The notes beneath the pieces were generated by a model. That model did not search any database, had not been told where the DNA came from, and saw only the letters and a program-made list of their open reading frames with translations. From Candidatus Latescibacterota bacterium (GTDB lineage: Bacteria; Latescibacterota; UBA2968; UBA8231), in assembly GCA_965197905.1 (NCBI GenBank), contig CBDAOB010000004.1, forward strand, positions 1,216,001-1,280,000: DNA of 64,000 nt, written 5' to 3'. Position 1 is the stretch's first letter, and the number at the start of each line of letters is the position of its first letter. Shown piece after piece: positions 40,126 to 49,886 of this stretch. The translations under genes were made by a program, and so were the position numbers.

Positions 40126-41838
40126 TCATTTCAATATGCCCGACACATCGGCGATCCAGATGCTCGGTTCCGTGCTTTTGTAGCTCAGATACAGGATCTT
40201 GCGGCCGTCCGGGGACCAGCGCGGCGATGCGTCGCCGAAATTGATCGCCAGCAACACCGACGGACTTCCCCCCGTCAACGGAACCGTGCAGACATCGTTT
40301 TGCCAGATGTAGGTGATCGTCGTCCCATCGGGAGACCAGTGCGGGGAATGACCGGCAGCGAGCCATCTTGCATTGCCGCCCGCGGCTGGAATAACCCAAA
40401 GATTCCACTCTTTGTCCGTCTGTCCTGCGAACGGCCGGTCGGAAGCAAAGACGATCTGGCTCCCATCCGGGGACCAGGACGGGTCAGTGTCGACGCCCGG
40501 TGACTCATCTAGTGCACGAGGCGATCCGCCCCCCGCAGGCACGATCCAGATATCTGCCTCTTCGTCGGTTCCCGAGGCGATCGCCATTAGCTGGCTGTCG
40601 GGAGACCAGGCCATCGCCAGGTCAGCGCTCGCATCCATACTCGCCTGACGCGGTTCCTCACCATCAGCCGCAACCGTCCAGTACTTCCCGATCTCACCCT
40701 TGCGAACGAAAGCCACCGTCGTGCCATCTGGGGACCAACGTACATCCGTTTTACCATCGTCCAGGATGCCGCCTTGAGTCAGCGCCTTCTCCCCGCTGCC
40801 ATCCACTTTCACCCGCCACAGATCGGGGCCCTCGGCACCGAACCTGGCAACAGCCACCTCTCCCCCGTCGGGGGACCAGCTGGCCCCCTTGCCGGGAGCG
40901 ATGTCCAGATCGCCGCCAATGGTGGCGGCCTCCCCTTCTTCCAGGTCGATCGCCCACAATTCGTTCAGCGTGATGTGCCAGGTGAAGCTGATGCGGCGGC
41001 CGTCTGGTGACCAGGAAGGCCAAACCTCATACGAAGGGGTATCGGTCAATTGAATCTCGGCGCTTCCATCAACGGCTGAGAGATATAAGTCGCGGACCCC
41101 GGTGCGGCTGGAGTTGAAGGCGATCCACTTGCCATCGGGCGACCAATCGGGCGAGCCAGCGCGGGGATGTTCGGTAAGCCGGCGCGGAGAACCTCCCGTC
41201 GCGGGAATAACCCACAGGTTGTTGTCCTTTCTATCCTCTGTCGAGCCTGTAAAAACGATCCATTCGCCGTCGGGCGACCAGGCGGGATTGTTGCTGCGCG
41301 GAAACCCGGTCTCGAGGGTTCGGATAGCTCGGGTGCTGACATCGAGGATTCGTAGTACCGATCCCTCACCCTTCTTCGCCTCGTAGATGAGCTCCCTTCC
41401 GTCCGGCGACCAGCCGAACTGGCCCCGCATGACCGAATCTGCCGCCGTCGTTACCTGCCGCACGGTTTCCTCCGCCGGCCCGAAGGGATCTACGGAGTAC
41501 AGATTCCAACAGTCGGCCCGGTTCGACATGAAGGTGAGCAGATTGCCGTTCGGTGACCATTCGAGATAGCGGTCGTAATTCGGGTCGGTCGTGAGCTGCC
41601 GGGCGTCGCCTCCTGCCGCCGGTTTGATCCAGACATCGCGGCTGCCGCCTCGGGTTGAAATGAAGGCGATCCATTCGCCATCGGGCGACCAAACTGCCGT
41701 CTCATCCCGTTCCGGAACGTGAGTATAGCGTACGATATCGATCGGTTCGGTCGGTCGCGTGGCCGTCGGTAGTTCCTGAGCCGTGGTGTCTGCCGATATC
41801 AACGCGAAAACCAGGAAAAACAAGGTCCGTCGTTTCAT
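40126..41838 (-). CDS. Secreted TolB-like PD40 (WSPDG) repeat protein, paralogue 1
   Basis: Signal peptide and about 12 WSPDG repeats. Confidence 0.88.
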   Translation of the reverse strand: MKRRTLFFLVFALISADTTAQELPTATRPTEPIDIVRYTHVPERDETAVWSPDGEWIAFISTRGGSRDVWIKPAAGGDARQLTTDPNYDRYLEWSPNGNLLTFMSNRADCWNLYSVDPFGPAEETVRQVTTAADSVMRGQFGWSPDGRELIYEAKKGEGSVLRILDVSTRAIRTLETGFPRSNNPAWSPDGEWIVFTGSTEDRKDNNLWVIPATGGSPRRLTEHPRAGSPDWSPDGKWIAFNSSRTGVRDLYLSAVDGSAEIQLTDTPSYEVWPSWSPDGRRISFTWHITLNELWAIDLEEGEAATIGGDLDIAPGKGASWSPDGGEVAVARFGAEGPDLWRVKVDGSGEKALTQGGILDDGKTDVRWSPDGTTVAFVRKGEIGKYWTVAADGEEPRQASMDASADLAMAWSPDSQLMAIASGTDEEADIWIVPAGGGSPRALDESPGVDTDPSWSPDGSQIVFASDRPFAGQTDKEWNLWVIPAAGGNARWLAAGHSPHWSPDGTTITYIWQNDVCTVPLTGGSPSVLLAINFGDASPRWSPDGRKILYLSYKSTEPSIWIADVSGILK

Positions 41839-41862
41839 AACAACCCTCCCTCCGCTGTCCGT

Positions 41863-43584
41863 CTATTCATCCAGCACATCGCCCACGTCGGCGATCCACA
41901 CATCGGGCTCCGATGGCTTCCGCGCCAGATACATGATCTGCCGACCATCCGGAGACCACCGCGGCGAGGCATGTTCGTAGTTCACTGCCAACAGCACCGT
42001 CGGCACCCCTCCCATCACCGGAATCGTGCAGATATCGTTTTGCCAGACGTAGGTGATCTGCGTCCCGTCCGGGGACCAGTGGGGGGAATGTCCTTCGGTG
42101 AGCAGAGCAGCGTCGCCGCCGGCCGCGGGCACGACCCAGAGATTCCTCACTCCTTCGGTTTGCCCTTCACGAGGTCGGTTGGAGGCGAAAACGATCTGGC
42201 TGCCGTCCGGTGACCAGTCCGGATCTGTATCGACACCGGGAGCCTCGATCAACAACCAGGGCGACCCTCCGTTCAGCGGCACAACCCAGATGTCGACCTC
42301 TTCATCCGTTCCGGAGGCGATCGCCATCTGTCGACTGTCCGGAGCCCAGGCCATCGCCACGTCGTTCCCGCTACCGACGCCAAGCTGTTTTGTTTCGCCG
42401 CCCTTTGCCCGTATGACCCACACCTTCCCGTTCTCCTTTGAAACGAAGGCAATCTTCTTTCCGTCCGGTGACCAGCGCACGTCGCTTTGGCCCATATCCA
42501 GAGGGGCGCCTTCGGTCAGCGCCTTCTGGCTTTCGCCATCGACCGCGATTCTCCAGAGGTCGGCTCCCTGCGGTCCGAACCTGGCAATAGCAACCTCATC
42601 ACCGTCAGGCGACCAGCTGGCCCCCTTCCCGGACACGATGTCGACATCACCGGCAATCATGCCAGCTTCGCCCTCTGTTACCTCCATTGCCCACAGCGCG
42701 CTCAAGGGTATGTGCCAGGTGAAGCTGATCCGCCGGCTGTCTGGCGACCAACTGGGATGGACCTCGTACGAGCTCGGCGTGTCGGTAAGGTGAATCTCGG
42801 TGCCACCCGAGGCTGGCCCGATGTAGAGGTCCCTGATTCCGCTCCTTGCCGAATAGTAGACGATCCATTTGCTGTCGGGGGACCAGTCCGGAGAGAAATC
42901 AGCGCTGGTATGTTCGGTCAACCGGCGCAGTGGACCTCCTGCGGATGGAATAATCCACAGGTTGCTCTCCTTTCTGCCGTTTTTACCCCCGCCCTTGAAG
43001 AGGATCGACGTGCCGTCGGGTGACCAGGTGGGGCTGTTGCTGTGCAGAAACGGTGTCTTCAGCGTTCGCCTCGCACCACTGTCGAAGTCGGCGACGTGCA
43101 GTTCGGTGCCTTCGCCGTTCTTCGCTACGTAAACGATCTCGCCCCCGTCGGGTGACCAATCGAACTGACCCCCTTTGACCGAATCCGCCAGCGTCGAAAG
43201 CTGAAGCAGGGTCTCCGGTCCACCAGAGGGATCGATTGTCCAGAGATTCCACTGGTCGCCCCGCTCGGACATGAACGCAATCCGTTTCCCGTCGGGTGAC
43301 CATTCCGGACTGCGGTCATAGGCAGGATCGGTGGTCACCTGCCTGGCGTCGCCCCCCGCTACAGGTTTGATCCAGATATCGCTATTGCCGCTGCGCGAGG
43401 ATACGAACGCAGTCCACATGCCGTCGGGCGACCAGACGGCATTCTCTTCGCTCTGCGGATGGGTCGTATAGCGGACAATATTGATCGGCTCGGTCGGGCG
43501 AACGCTTGGCGGCAGGTCCTGCCCGCGAGCGGAGAAGGATGGCGCAAGCGTGAGCGCCGCAATAAGGAAGGCCAATCTTTTCAT
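41863..43584 (-). CDS. Secreted TolB-like PD40 repeat protein, paralogue 2
   Basis: Signal peptide, WSPDG repeats; colinear with 40126..41838. Confidence 0.88.
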   Translation of the reverse strand: MKRLAFLIAALTLAPSFSARGQDLPPSVRPTEPINIVRYTTHPQSEENAVWSPDGMWTAFVSSRSGNSDIWIKPVAGGDARQVTTDPAYDRSPEWSPDGKRIAFMSERGDQWNLWTIDPSGGPETLLQLSTLADSVKGGQFDWSPDGGEIVYVAKNGEGTELHVADFDSGARRTLKTPFLHSNSPTWSPDGTSILFKGGGKNGRKESNLWIIPSAGGPLRRLTEHTSADFSPDWSPDSKWIVYYSARSGIRDLYIGPASGGTEIHLTDTPSSYEVHPSWSPDSRRISFTWHIPLSALWAMEVTEGEAGMIAGDVDIVSGKGASWSPDGDEVAIARFGPQGADLWRIAVDGESQKALTEGAPLDMGQSDVRWSPDGKKIAFVSKENGKVWVIRAKGGETKQLGVGSGNDVAMAWAPDSRQMAIASGTDEEVDIWVVPLNGGSPWLLIEAPGVDTDPDWSPDGSQIVFASNRPREGQTEGVRNLWVVPAAGGDAALLTEGHSPHWSPDGTQITYVWQNDICTIPVMGGVPTVLLAVNYEHASPRWSPDGRQIMYLARKPSEPDVWIADVGDVLDE

Positions 43585-43653
43585 GATAGCTCTCCGCGTA
43601 TTCGTTTCTGGTTTTTGGAAACTCCTCTGCGCCCCAGCAACAACCTTCACAGA

Positions 43654-44901
43654 TCAGCTCTTGCCCTCGATGTCGAGGGAGACGATCTCTTCCAGATTCC
43701 TCAGATACAGACGGCCATTCGCCAGGCTCGGCGCCGTCCAGCAACGCCCGCTCAATACCTGGGAGCTGGTTATTTCCTTGTGAGCGTTCGGATTTGCTTC
43801 GACCAGTGCCAGCTTACCGTCCTCGCTCAGCACCACGAGATGGCCATCTGCGTAGAGGAGGCTACCCTTGCCGTATCCCCTCGCCTTCCATTTCACCTCG
43901 CCGGTCTTGGCGTCGATGCAGGTCAAAATGGCGTTGTCGAATCCGTAGAGCATACCCTGATGGTATACCGAGCTGTTGAAGTGGTTCTTCATCTTCTTGG
44001 TGAACCACAATTCCTGGACGCCCAATCCAGAATCAGCTTGCGTAATCTGCACCATGGCCCCACCGATGCCGTATGAGGAGGAGACAAAAACGCGATCGGG
44101 CGATATGAAGACGGGCATGGCCGGATTGATGCTGTTGGGCCATTCGTGACGCCAGTACGGCTCTCCGCTCGATGGATTGAGGGATACCAGCGCCGCACCT
44201 GTGAAAAACAGAATCTGCCGCGAGCCAGCGGAGTTGACCGCGATCGGCGAGGAATAACCGATGGGGTCTTTGCCGCTGCCCCAGACAACCTCGCCCGTAT
44301 CTTTGTCGAACGCCATCAACGATCGTTCGTTCGAGCCGCCCGCTTCGATCAACACTAGGTTGCCCTCGATCAGCGGGGAGGACGTGAACCCCCATGTCGG
44401 CCTCTTGCTGCCGAATTCCATGCGCAGATTGCGCTTCCAGATGACCTTGCCCGTAGCCGCGTCCAGGGCGAAGAGCTCACCGCTGGCTCCCATCGTGTAC
44501 ACCCGGTCTCCGTCCAGCGTCGGGGTGCAACGTGGTCCGTTGCCGTGACTCTCCATGTATTTGGCGCCGCTGCGGACCTTCCAGATCTCGCTGCCGTCGA
44601 CTGTGTTGAGACAGACGGCATACTCGTTCGTCCCTTTGGCGTACATGGTGTAAAGCCGCGAGCCGGAGATCGACATACCCGAGAACCCCTCTCCCAGCGG
44701 CTGCCGCCACATCTGAGGCGGTCCGGTTTCAGTCCATTCTTTGTTCAAGGGGACCAGGGACGACATGCCGTCGCGATTCGGACCTCGCCATTGTGGCCAC
44801 TCGGTACTACCGTCCGCCGGCTGGGCAAGCGCCGTTTCGGCAGCCCAGAAATAGCTCAGCGCCAGGATCGCTGACGCGTAGTAGAGATATCCAGGTTTCA
44901 T
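43654..44901 (-). CDS. PQQ-binding-like beta-propeller protein
   Basis: WPQWRGPNRDG, GPRCTP, GYSSP, CWTAPSLANGRLYLR. Confidence 0.88.
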   Translation of the reverse strand: MKPGYLYYASAILALSYFWAAETALAQPADGSTEWPQWRGPNRDGMSSLVPLNKEWTETGPPQMWRQPLGEGFSGMSISGSRLYTMYAKGTNEYAVCLNTVDGSEIWKVRSGAKYMESHGNGPRCTPTLDGDRVYTMGASGELFALDAATGKVIWKRNLRMEFGSKRPTWGFTSSPLIEGNLVLIEAGGSNERSLMAFDKDTGEVVWGSGKDPIGYSSPIAVNSAGSRQILFFTGAALVSLNPSSGEPYWRHEWPNSINPAMPVFISPDRVFVSSSYGIGGAMVQITQADSGLGVQELWFTKKMKNHFNSSVYHQGMLYGFDNAILTCIDAKTGEVKWKARGYGKGSLLYADGHLVVLSEDGKLALVEANPNAHKEITSSQVLSGRCWTAPSLANGRLYLRNLEEIVSLDIEGKS

Positions 44902-44998
44902 AGTCGCATCTCCTTCTCGTTGCGCTCAATAATTGATTGCGAATATCTACCTGCAATGTTCACGCCTGTAGATAACGCGCATGATCGTCTTGGTGTCA

Positions 44999-45952
44999 TC
45001 AAGCCCCTTGCACCAGGTCCCCGAGCGCCTGGTGGATGTCCGCTGGCAAAGGACCGGCACTCGCGGCCTCCACGTCCTGCTCGACCTCCTCCGGTGTTTG
45101 GCAGCCGAGCAGAGCGATCGTCACGGCCGGATCGGCCATGACATACCTCAGGGCCAGCGCCGGCAGCGAAAGGCCGGTATCACTCTGAATCTCGTAGAGC
45201 CGCTTGAGGGAAATCTTGAGCTCCGGTGTCATCCACTCGGGCGCCGACACGAACCACTCGTCGTTGCGCTCGGCGAGCCGTCCCACACGGAGCACGCCTC
45301 CCAGGATCGTCGCCACCCCCTTCTTCTGGGCTAGGGGCAGGGCCTGCTTCTTCGCCTCCCGTTCAAGTGGGTTGTAGCTCATGGCCAAGAGATAGGTATC
45401 CACCTCCACCTGCTGTAAGACGCGAGCCGTTCCCGCGGGAGTGTTTCCGGTGATTCCGATCGCGTCGCAGCGGCCTTGATCCCGCGCCTCGGCAAGGACG
45501 TGCATAACCGGAGCGTCTCTGAAGTTGTAGTCTTTTCCATTCTGCAGATCACGATCATCGCAGGGTTCGTCTGACCACCACTGGTGCCAGTCGGCTTCAT
45601 GAATCTGGAGCACGTTCACGTGCTTTCGCTGCAGCAGCCGCAGGTTTTCGTCCAGCTGGGCACCAATGGCGTCGGCGGAGCGGAAATGGGAGGGGGTGGC
45701 GAAATGCCCGACCTTGGTTGCCAGCACGTACTCCTCGTCCCGATCGCGGAGCGCTGTCCCGAGAATCCCCTGGGAAAGACCTTTGCCGTAGTGGGGTGAG
45801 GTGTCGAAGTAACGTACGCCCAGTTCCAGAGCCCGCTGGACGGTCTCCACACCGGTGGCGAAGGACTGCACGTTGAGGGAGCCACCGCCCAAACCGAAGG
45901 TGGTGGTGGAGAGATCGGTGCTTCCCAGATTGGTAGTTGCTAGCGCGGCCAT
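44999..45952 (-). CDS. Aldo/keto reductase
   Basis: GVRYFDTSPHYG, LATKVG, LQIHE. Confidence 0.85.
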   Translation of the reverse strand: MAALATTNLGSTDLSTTTFGLGGGSLNVQSFATGVETVQRALELGVRYFDTSPHYGKGLSQGILGTALRDRDEEYVLATKVGHFATPSHFRSADAIGAQLDENLRLLQRKHVNVLQIHEADWHQWWSDEPCDDRDLQNGKDYNFRDAPVMHVLAEARDQGRCDAIGITGNTPAGTARVLQQVEVDTYLLAMSYNPLEREAKKQALPLAQKKGVATILGGVLRVGRLAERNDEWFVSAPEWMTPELKISLKRLYEIQSDTGLSLPALALRYVMADPAVTIALLGCQTPEEVEQDVEAASAGPLPADIHQALGDLVQGA

Positions 45953-46205
45953 AATCTTGGCACTCCTTCCGAAATCGGACTGACTGCTTAGCCGGCAGAC
46001 ACTCAACCTATCCTATACTATACCACATCCGAATACCATGGGAAATGAGCGAGCGAAAGAACTGCCCGGCAGGACGAATACGGCATCGATTGTTGACAAA
46101 CTGCGGAGATATAACCGTATTCCCTTACAGACCGTGTGAATACATTAGAAGGCGGCACGCCGAGACAACCGAAGCTGATCAAACCTACCTCATCGGAGAG
46201 CAAAA

Positions 46206-48521
46206 ATGGCTGATTCCCGATCTACCTATCCGGATTTTACCAGCGATGGAAAATACAAAGTCATCGGTACTCGCCCGGTCCGTCACGACGGTCTCGACAA
46301 GGTAACGGGTCGCGCTATCTACGGCGCCGATGTCCGCATACCGGGGCTGCTCTACGGAAAGGTTCTGCGCAGCCCCCATGCTCACGCCCGCATCATCTCC
46401 ATCGACACCACCAAAGCTATGCAGCTCGAAGGGGTGCGCGCCGTGGCAACGGCGGATGATCTGGTGGAGACGGTGGATAAGTTGTCGACGTTTGGCGAGT
46501 CGATCGTCAACATCCGCGAGCTCGCCAAGAATTCGCTCGCCTCCGACAAGGTGCTCTACAAGGGCCACGCCGTTGCGGCGGTTGCCGCCACCAACCCGCA
46601 TATTGCCGAAGAAGCGCTCGACCTGATCAAGGTCGAATACGAACCGTTGCCGGCCGTCCTCGATGTTCTAGATGCGATGAGAGAAGGCGCACCCCTGCTG
46701 GACGAGAGCCGCACTACCAAGGCATTGGGGGAGGACACCGGAAAGAAAAGTAACATCGCCTCGCACAACCGCAGTGAGATGGGGGATGTCGACAAGGGTT
46801 TTGCCGAGGCCGATGTCGTTGTCGAACGAGAATTGCGCACCGCGACAATCCACCAGGGATACATCGAACCGCACAATACCACCGTTCACTGGCGCGATGA
46901 CGGATCGGTCACCGTCTGGGTCAGCACTCAAGGTTCCTTCGATATTCGCGCTCAGGTATCGGAGGTGTTACAGGTGCCGGTGTCGAAGGTGAAGGTGATC
47001 CCGTGCGAGATCGGCGGCGGATTCGGCGGCAAATTCTCCATCTACCTGGAGCCGGCAGCGGCGGTCATGTCGCGAAAGACCGGCCATCCCGTGAAGATGG
47101 TGATGTCCAGAACAGAGGTGTTTGAGGGTAGCGGACCGGCACCCGGATCGTACATGAAGGTAAAGATGGGGGCCACGAAAGACGGAACCATTGTGGCTGC
47201 CGTGGCCTATCTGGCGTACGAAGCCGGAGCTTATCCCGGCTCGGCCGTGGGCGCTGGCGCCTCCTGCCTGTTGGGTCCGTACAACATCGCCAACGTGCGC
47301 ATCGACGCCTACGACGTGGTCAACAACAAACCCAGGTCAGCGGCCTATCGCGCACCCGGAGCGCCCAACGCGGCCTATGCTTCCGAGACCGTCATCGACG
47401 AATTGGCCGAAAAGCTGGGTATCGATCCCCTCGAGTTGAGGAAAAAGAACAGCGCTCACAAAGGCACCCGACGCGCCGACGGCACTGTTTATACGGACAT
47501 CGGCTGCATAGAGACCGCCGAGGCGGCGATGAATTCCGCCCACTATCGCAGTCCCGCCCCGAACGGTCCGTACCAAGGGCGTGGGGTGGCCTCCGGCTTC
47601 TGGTTCAATGGCGGTGGGCAGTCCGCGGCGACGTTGAGCGTTAATCCCAACGGCACCGTCAATCTGATTGAGGGCTCCCCCGACATCGGTGGCACTCGCG
47701 CCTCGATGGCGATGATCGTTGCCGAGACGCTTGGCCTGGCCGCCGCCGACGTCAACCCGATGGTCGCCGACACCGACTCCATCGCCTACACCGATGGAAC
47801 CGGCGGCAGCCGCGTCTGTTACGCAACGGGTCACGCATGTTACCTCGCTGCCGAGGACATCAAGGAAAGGATGTGCATCCGCGCCGCCAAACAGATGGAG
47901 CTGGAAGAAGGTGACGTGGAGTTCGTCGACGGCAACTACGTCGCCAAATCGGACAGCTCCAAGAAACTCACCTTCAAAGAGATCGCGGAGCAGCAAGGCA
48001 GCACGGGCGGTCCCATAGAAGGTTGCGGTACCATTAACGCTCCCAGTCCCGGCAATGCCTTCGCCACCCATATCGTCGATGTCGAGGTGGATCCGGAGAC
48101 CGGCAAGGTGACGATACTGCGCTACACCGCAGTCCAGGACGTAGGAAAAGCGATCCATCCCAGTTACGTGGAAGGTCAGATACAGGGTGGTGTCGTTCAG
48201 GGAATCGGCTGGGCTCTTACTGAAGGGTATTTCTACAACGACGACGGCACGATGGCCAATCCCACGTTTCTGGACTATCGCATGCCCACGACGCTCGACC
48301 TACCCCTGATCGAAACCGTGCTGGTCGAGGTACCTAATCCTGGCAGCCCACACGGGATTCGCGGCGTCGGCGAAGTGCCGTTGGTGCCTCCGATGGCGGC
48401 CATCGCCAACGCCATCTATCAGGCCACGGGTCAGCGCATGGGAGAACTTCCCATGACTCCGGAACGGGTCGTGGCAGCGAGTCAGATGAGCGAGTCGAAG
48501 TTCCAGGAGGCGGCAGGCTAG
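46206..48521 (+). CDS. Xanthine dehydrogenase-family molybdopterin-binding (large) subunit
   Basis: KVTGRAIY, RSPHAHA, GGGFGGK, AYRAPG, EGQIQGG, GIRGVGE. Confidence 0.92.
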   Translation: MADSRSTYPDFTSDGKYKVIGTRPVRHDGLDKVTGRAIYGADVRIPGLLYGKVLRSPHAHARIISIDTTKAMQLEGVRAVATADDLVETVDKLSTFGESIVNIRELAKNSLASDKVLYKGHAVAAVAATNPHIAEEALDLIKVEYEPLPAVLDVLDAMREGAPLLDESRTTKALGEDTGKKSNIASHNRSEMGDVDKGFAEADVVVERELRTATIHQGYIEPHNTTVHWRDDGSVTVWVSTQGSFDIRAQVSEVLQVPVSKVKVIPCEIGGGFGGKFSIYLEPAAAVMSRKTGHPVKMVMSRTEVFEGSGPAPGSYMKVKMGATKDGTIVAAVAYLAYEAGAYPGSAVGAGASCLLGPYNIANVRIDAYDVVNNKPRSAAYRAPGAPNAAYASETVIDELAEKLGIDPLELRKKNSAHKGTRRADGTVYTDIGCIETAEAAMNSAHYRSPAPNGPYQGRGVASGFWFNGGGQSAATLSVNPNGTVNLIEGSPDIGGTRASMAMIVAETLGLAAADVNPMVADTDSIAYTDGTGGSRVCYATGHACYLAAEDIKERMCIRAAKQMELEEGDVEFVDGNYVAKSDSSKKLTFKEIAEQQGSTGGPIEGCGTINAPSPGNAFATHIVDVEVDPETGKVTILRYTAVQDVGKAIHPSYVEGQIQGGVVQGIGWALTEGYFYNDDGTMANPTFLDYRMPTTLDLPLIETVLVEVPNPGSPHGIRGVGEVPLVPPMAAIANAIYQATGQRMGELPMTPERVVAASQMSESKFQEAAG

Positions 48522-48567
48522 GAGCCGATACCACGTTGCGAGGATCGCGCCTGTCAGATTCGTACCG

Positions 48568-49872
48568 TTAAGGTTTGTTGCCTTTGATCGTGACCTCTCC
48601 CGCGGAACCGCTCGAGACCATCTTGTCCGCAAGGCCCTGAGCTGAACGGGTTGGTAGATCAGGGTTGTTACTGATTGTCACATCCCGCCCGACGGCTTCG
48701 AGGTTGTTCAACCCATCCAGGTTGGCCAGAGATCCATTCCAGCTGATTCTCAAACTCCCGGCAACGCCGTTGAGGTTTTCCAGACCTTCAATAGTACTCA
48801 GTCTCGCGTTGTTCTGAATAGCCAGTCTGCCCTCGACTCTTTTGAGTTTCCCCAGTGCTGCCAGGCTGGTTAAAGACCCATTGAACTTGATATCCAGGTC
48901 GCCGGCGATGCTTTCGACGTTATTCAACCCCTCCAGGCTCGTTAGAGCGCCAATGTTTTCAACGACCAGGTCCCCTCCTAGCGTTTTGAGACCATGTAGT
49001 CCTTCCAGGCTCGTCAGGGCACTGTCGTAGTTAAAAACGAGATTGCCACCAAGACTGTCTAGTCTGCTCAGTGCCCTCACGCTGACCAGGGAGCCATTGC
49101 CGAAGACAGCCAGGTCACTCCCAACCTTTTCGAGTTTATTCAGCCCATCGAGGTTCGCAAGAGACCCGTTGGAGGAGATGATCAGCCTCCCGCCGACACG
49201 TTTGAGGTTACTCAGTGCTGCCACACTGGTCAAAGCGGCGTTGTTATCGATTTCCAGACGCCCATCGACGCTGGTGAGGTTGTTTAGGCCTTCCAGCGTG
49301 CTCACACCGATCCAGCCAATAGCCATGCTCCCGACGCTGGTCAGCTTACTCAAAGCCGCCAGACTGGTCAGACCCGGATTGTCGACGATATGCAGATGTC
49401 CCAAGACCTCCTTGAGGTTGCTCAACGCCGCCACACTTTTCAGCACGGGATTGCCCTCGATTTGCATGAACCTTTCCACCCTGGCGAGGTTATTCAGGCC
49501 ATCCAGGTTGGTCAGAGAATCATTCGTCCGAACATTCAGTCCTACGATGCTTTTTATATTTCTCAGTGCCGCCAGGCTGGTCAGAGCGGGATTGCTCTCG
49601 ATAAACAGAAAGTTTCCAACGCTGATCAGGTTCTCCAAACCTGCCAGTGTGGTGAGCGGAGAATGATCTATTATCAGGTTACCGCCAATCGCGAACGGTC
49701 CGCCCCCGCTCGCCGCTATCAGCCGGTCAAATTCCTCTTGAGAACCAACCTTATAATCGCCTTCCAGAACGACATCCGCCGATATCGTATCGTCCACCTC
49801 GGCGGCGCTCTGTGCCCAGACGAAGGAGCCGAAAACGCCGCTCAGCAGCAGGATTTTTAGCCGAAGTTTCAT
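48568..49872 (-). CDS. Secreted receptor L-domain / LRR-like repeat protein
   Basis: Signal peptide followed by ~25-aa repeats LxxLxGLxNLxxVxGxLxIxxN. Confidence 0.8.
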   Translation of the reverse strand: MKLRLKILLLSGVFGSFVWAQSAAEVDDTISADVVLEGDYKVGSQEEFDRLIAASGGGPFAIGGNLIIDHSPLTTLAGLENLISVGNFLFIESNPALTSLAALRNIKSIVGLNVRTNDSLTNLDGLNNLARVERFMQIEGNPVLKSVAALSNLKEVLGHLHIVDNPGLTSLAALSKLTSVGSMAIGWIGVSTLEGLNNLTSVDGRLEIDNNAALTSVAALSNLKRVGGRLIISSNGSLANLDGLNKLEKVGSDLAVFGNGSLVSVRALSRLDSLGGNLVFNYDSALTSLEGLHGLKTLGGDLVVENIGALTSLEGLNNVESIAGDLDIKFNGSLTSLAALGKLKRVEGRLAIQNNARLSTIEGLENLNGVAGSLRISWNGSLANLDGLNNLEAVGRDVTISNNPDLPTRSAQGLADKMVSSGSAGEVTIKGNKP

Positions 49873-49886
49873 GTGCGCCTCCTCTT

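Noticed and set aside
46206..48521. Aerobic CO dehydrogenase coxL
   Set aside because: Loop is AYRAPG, not AYxCSFR (form I) or AYRGAGR (form II), and coxM/coxS are absent.
40126..49872. Periodic DNA repeats as a CRISPR array
   Set aside because: They are degenerate in-frame protein repeats (WSPDG, L-domain); there are no identical repeats with unique spacers and no cas genes.
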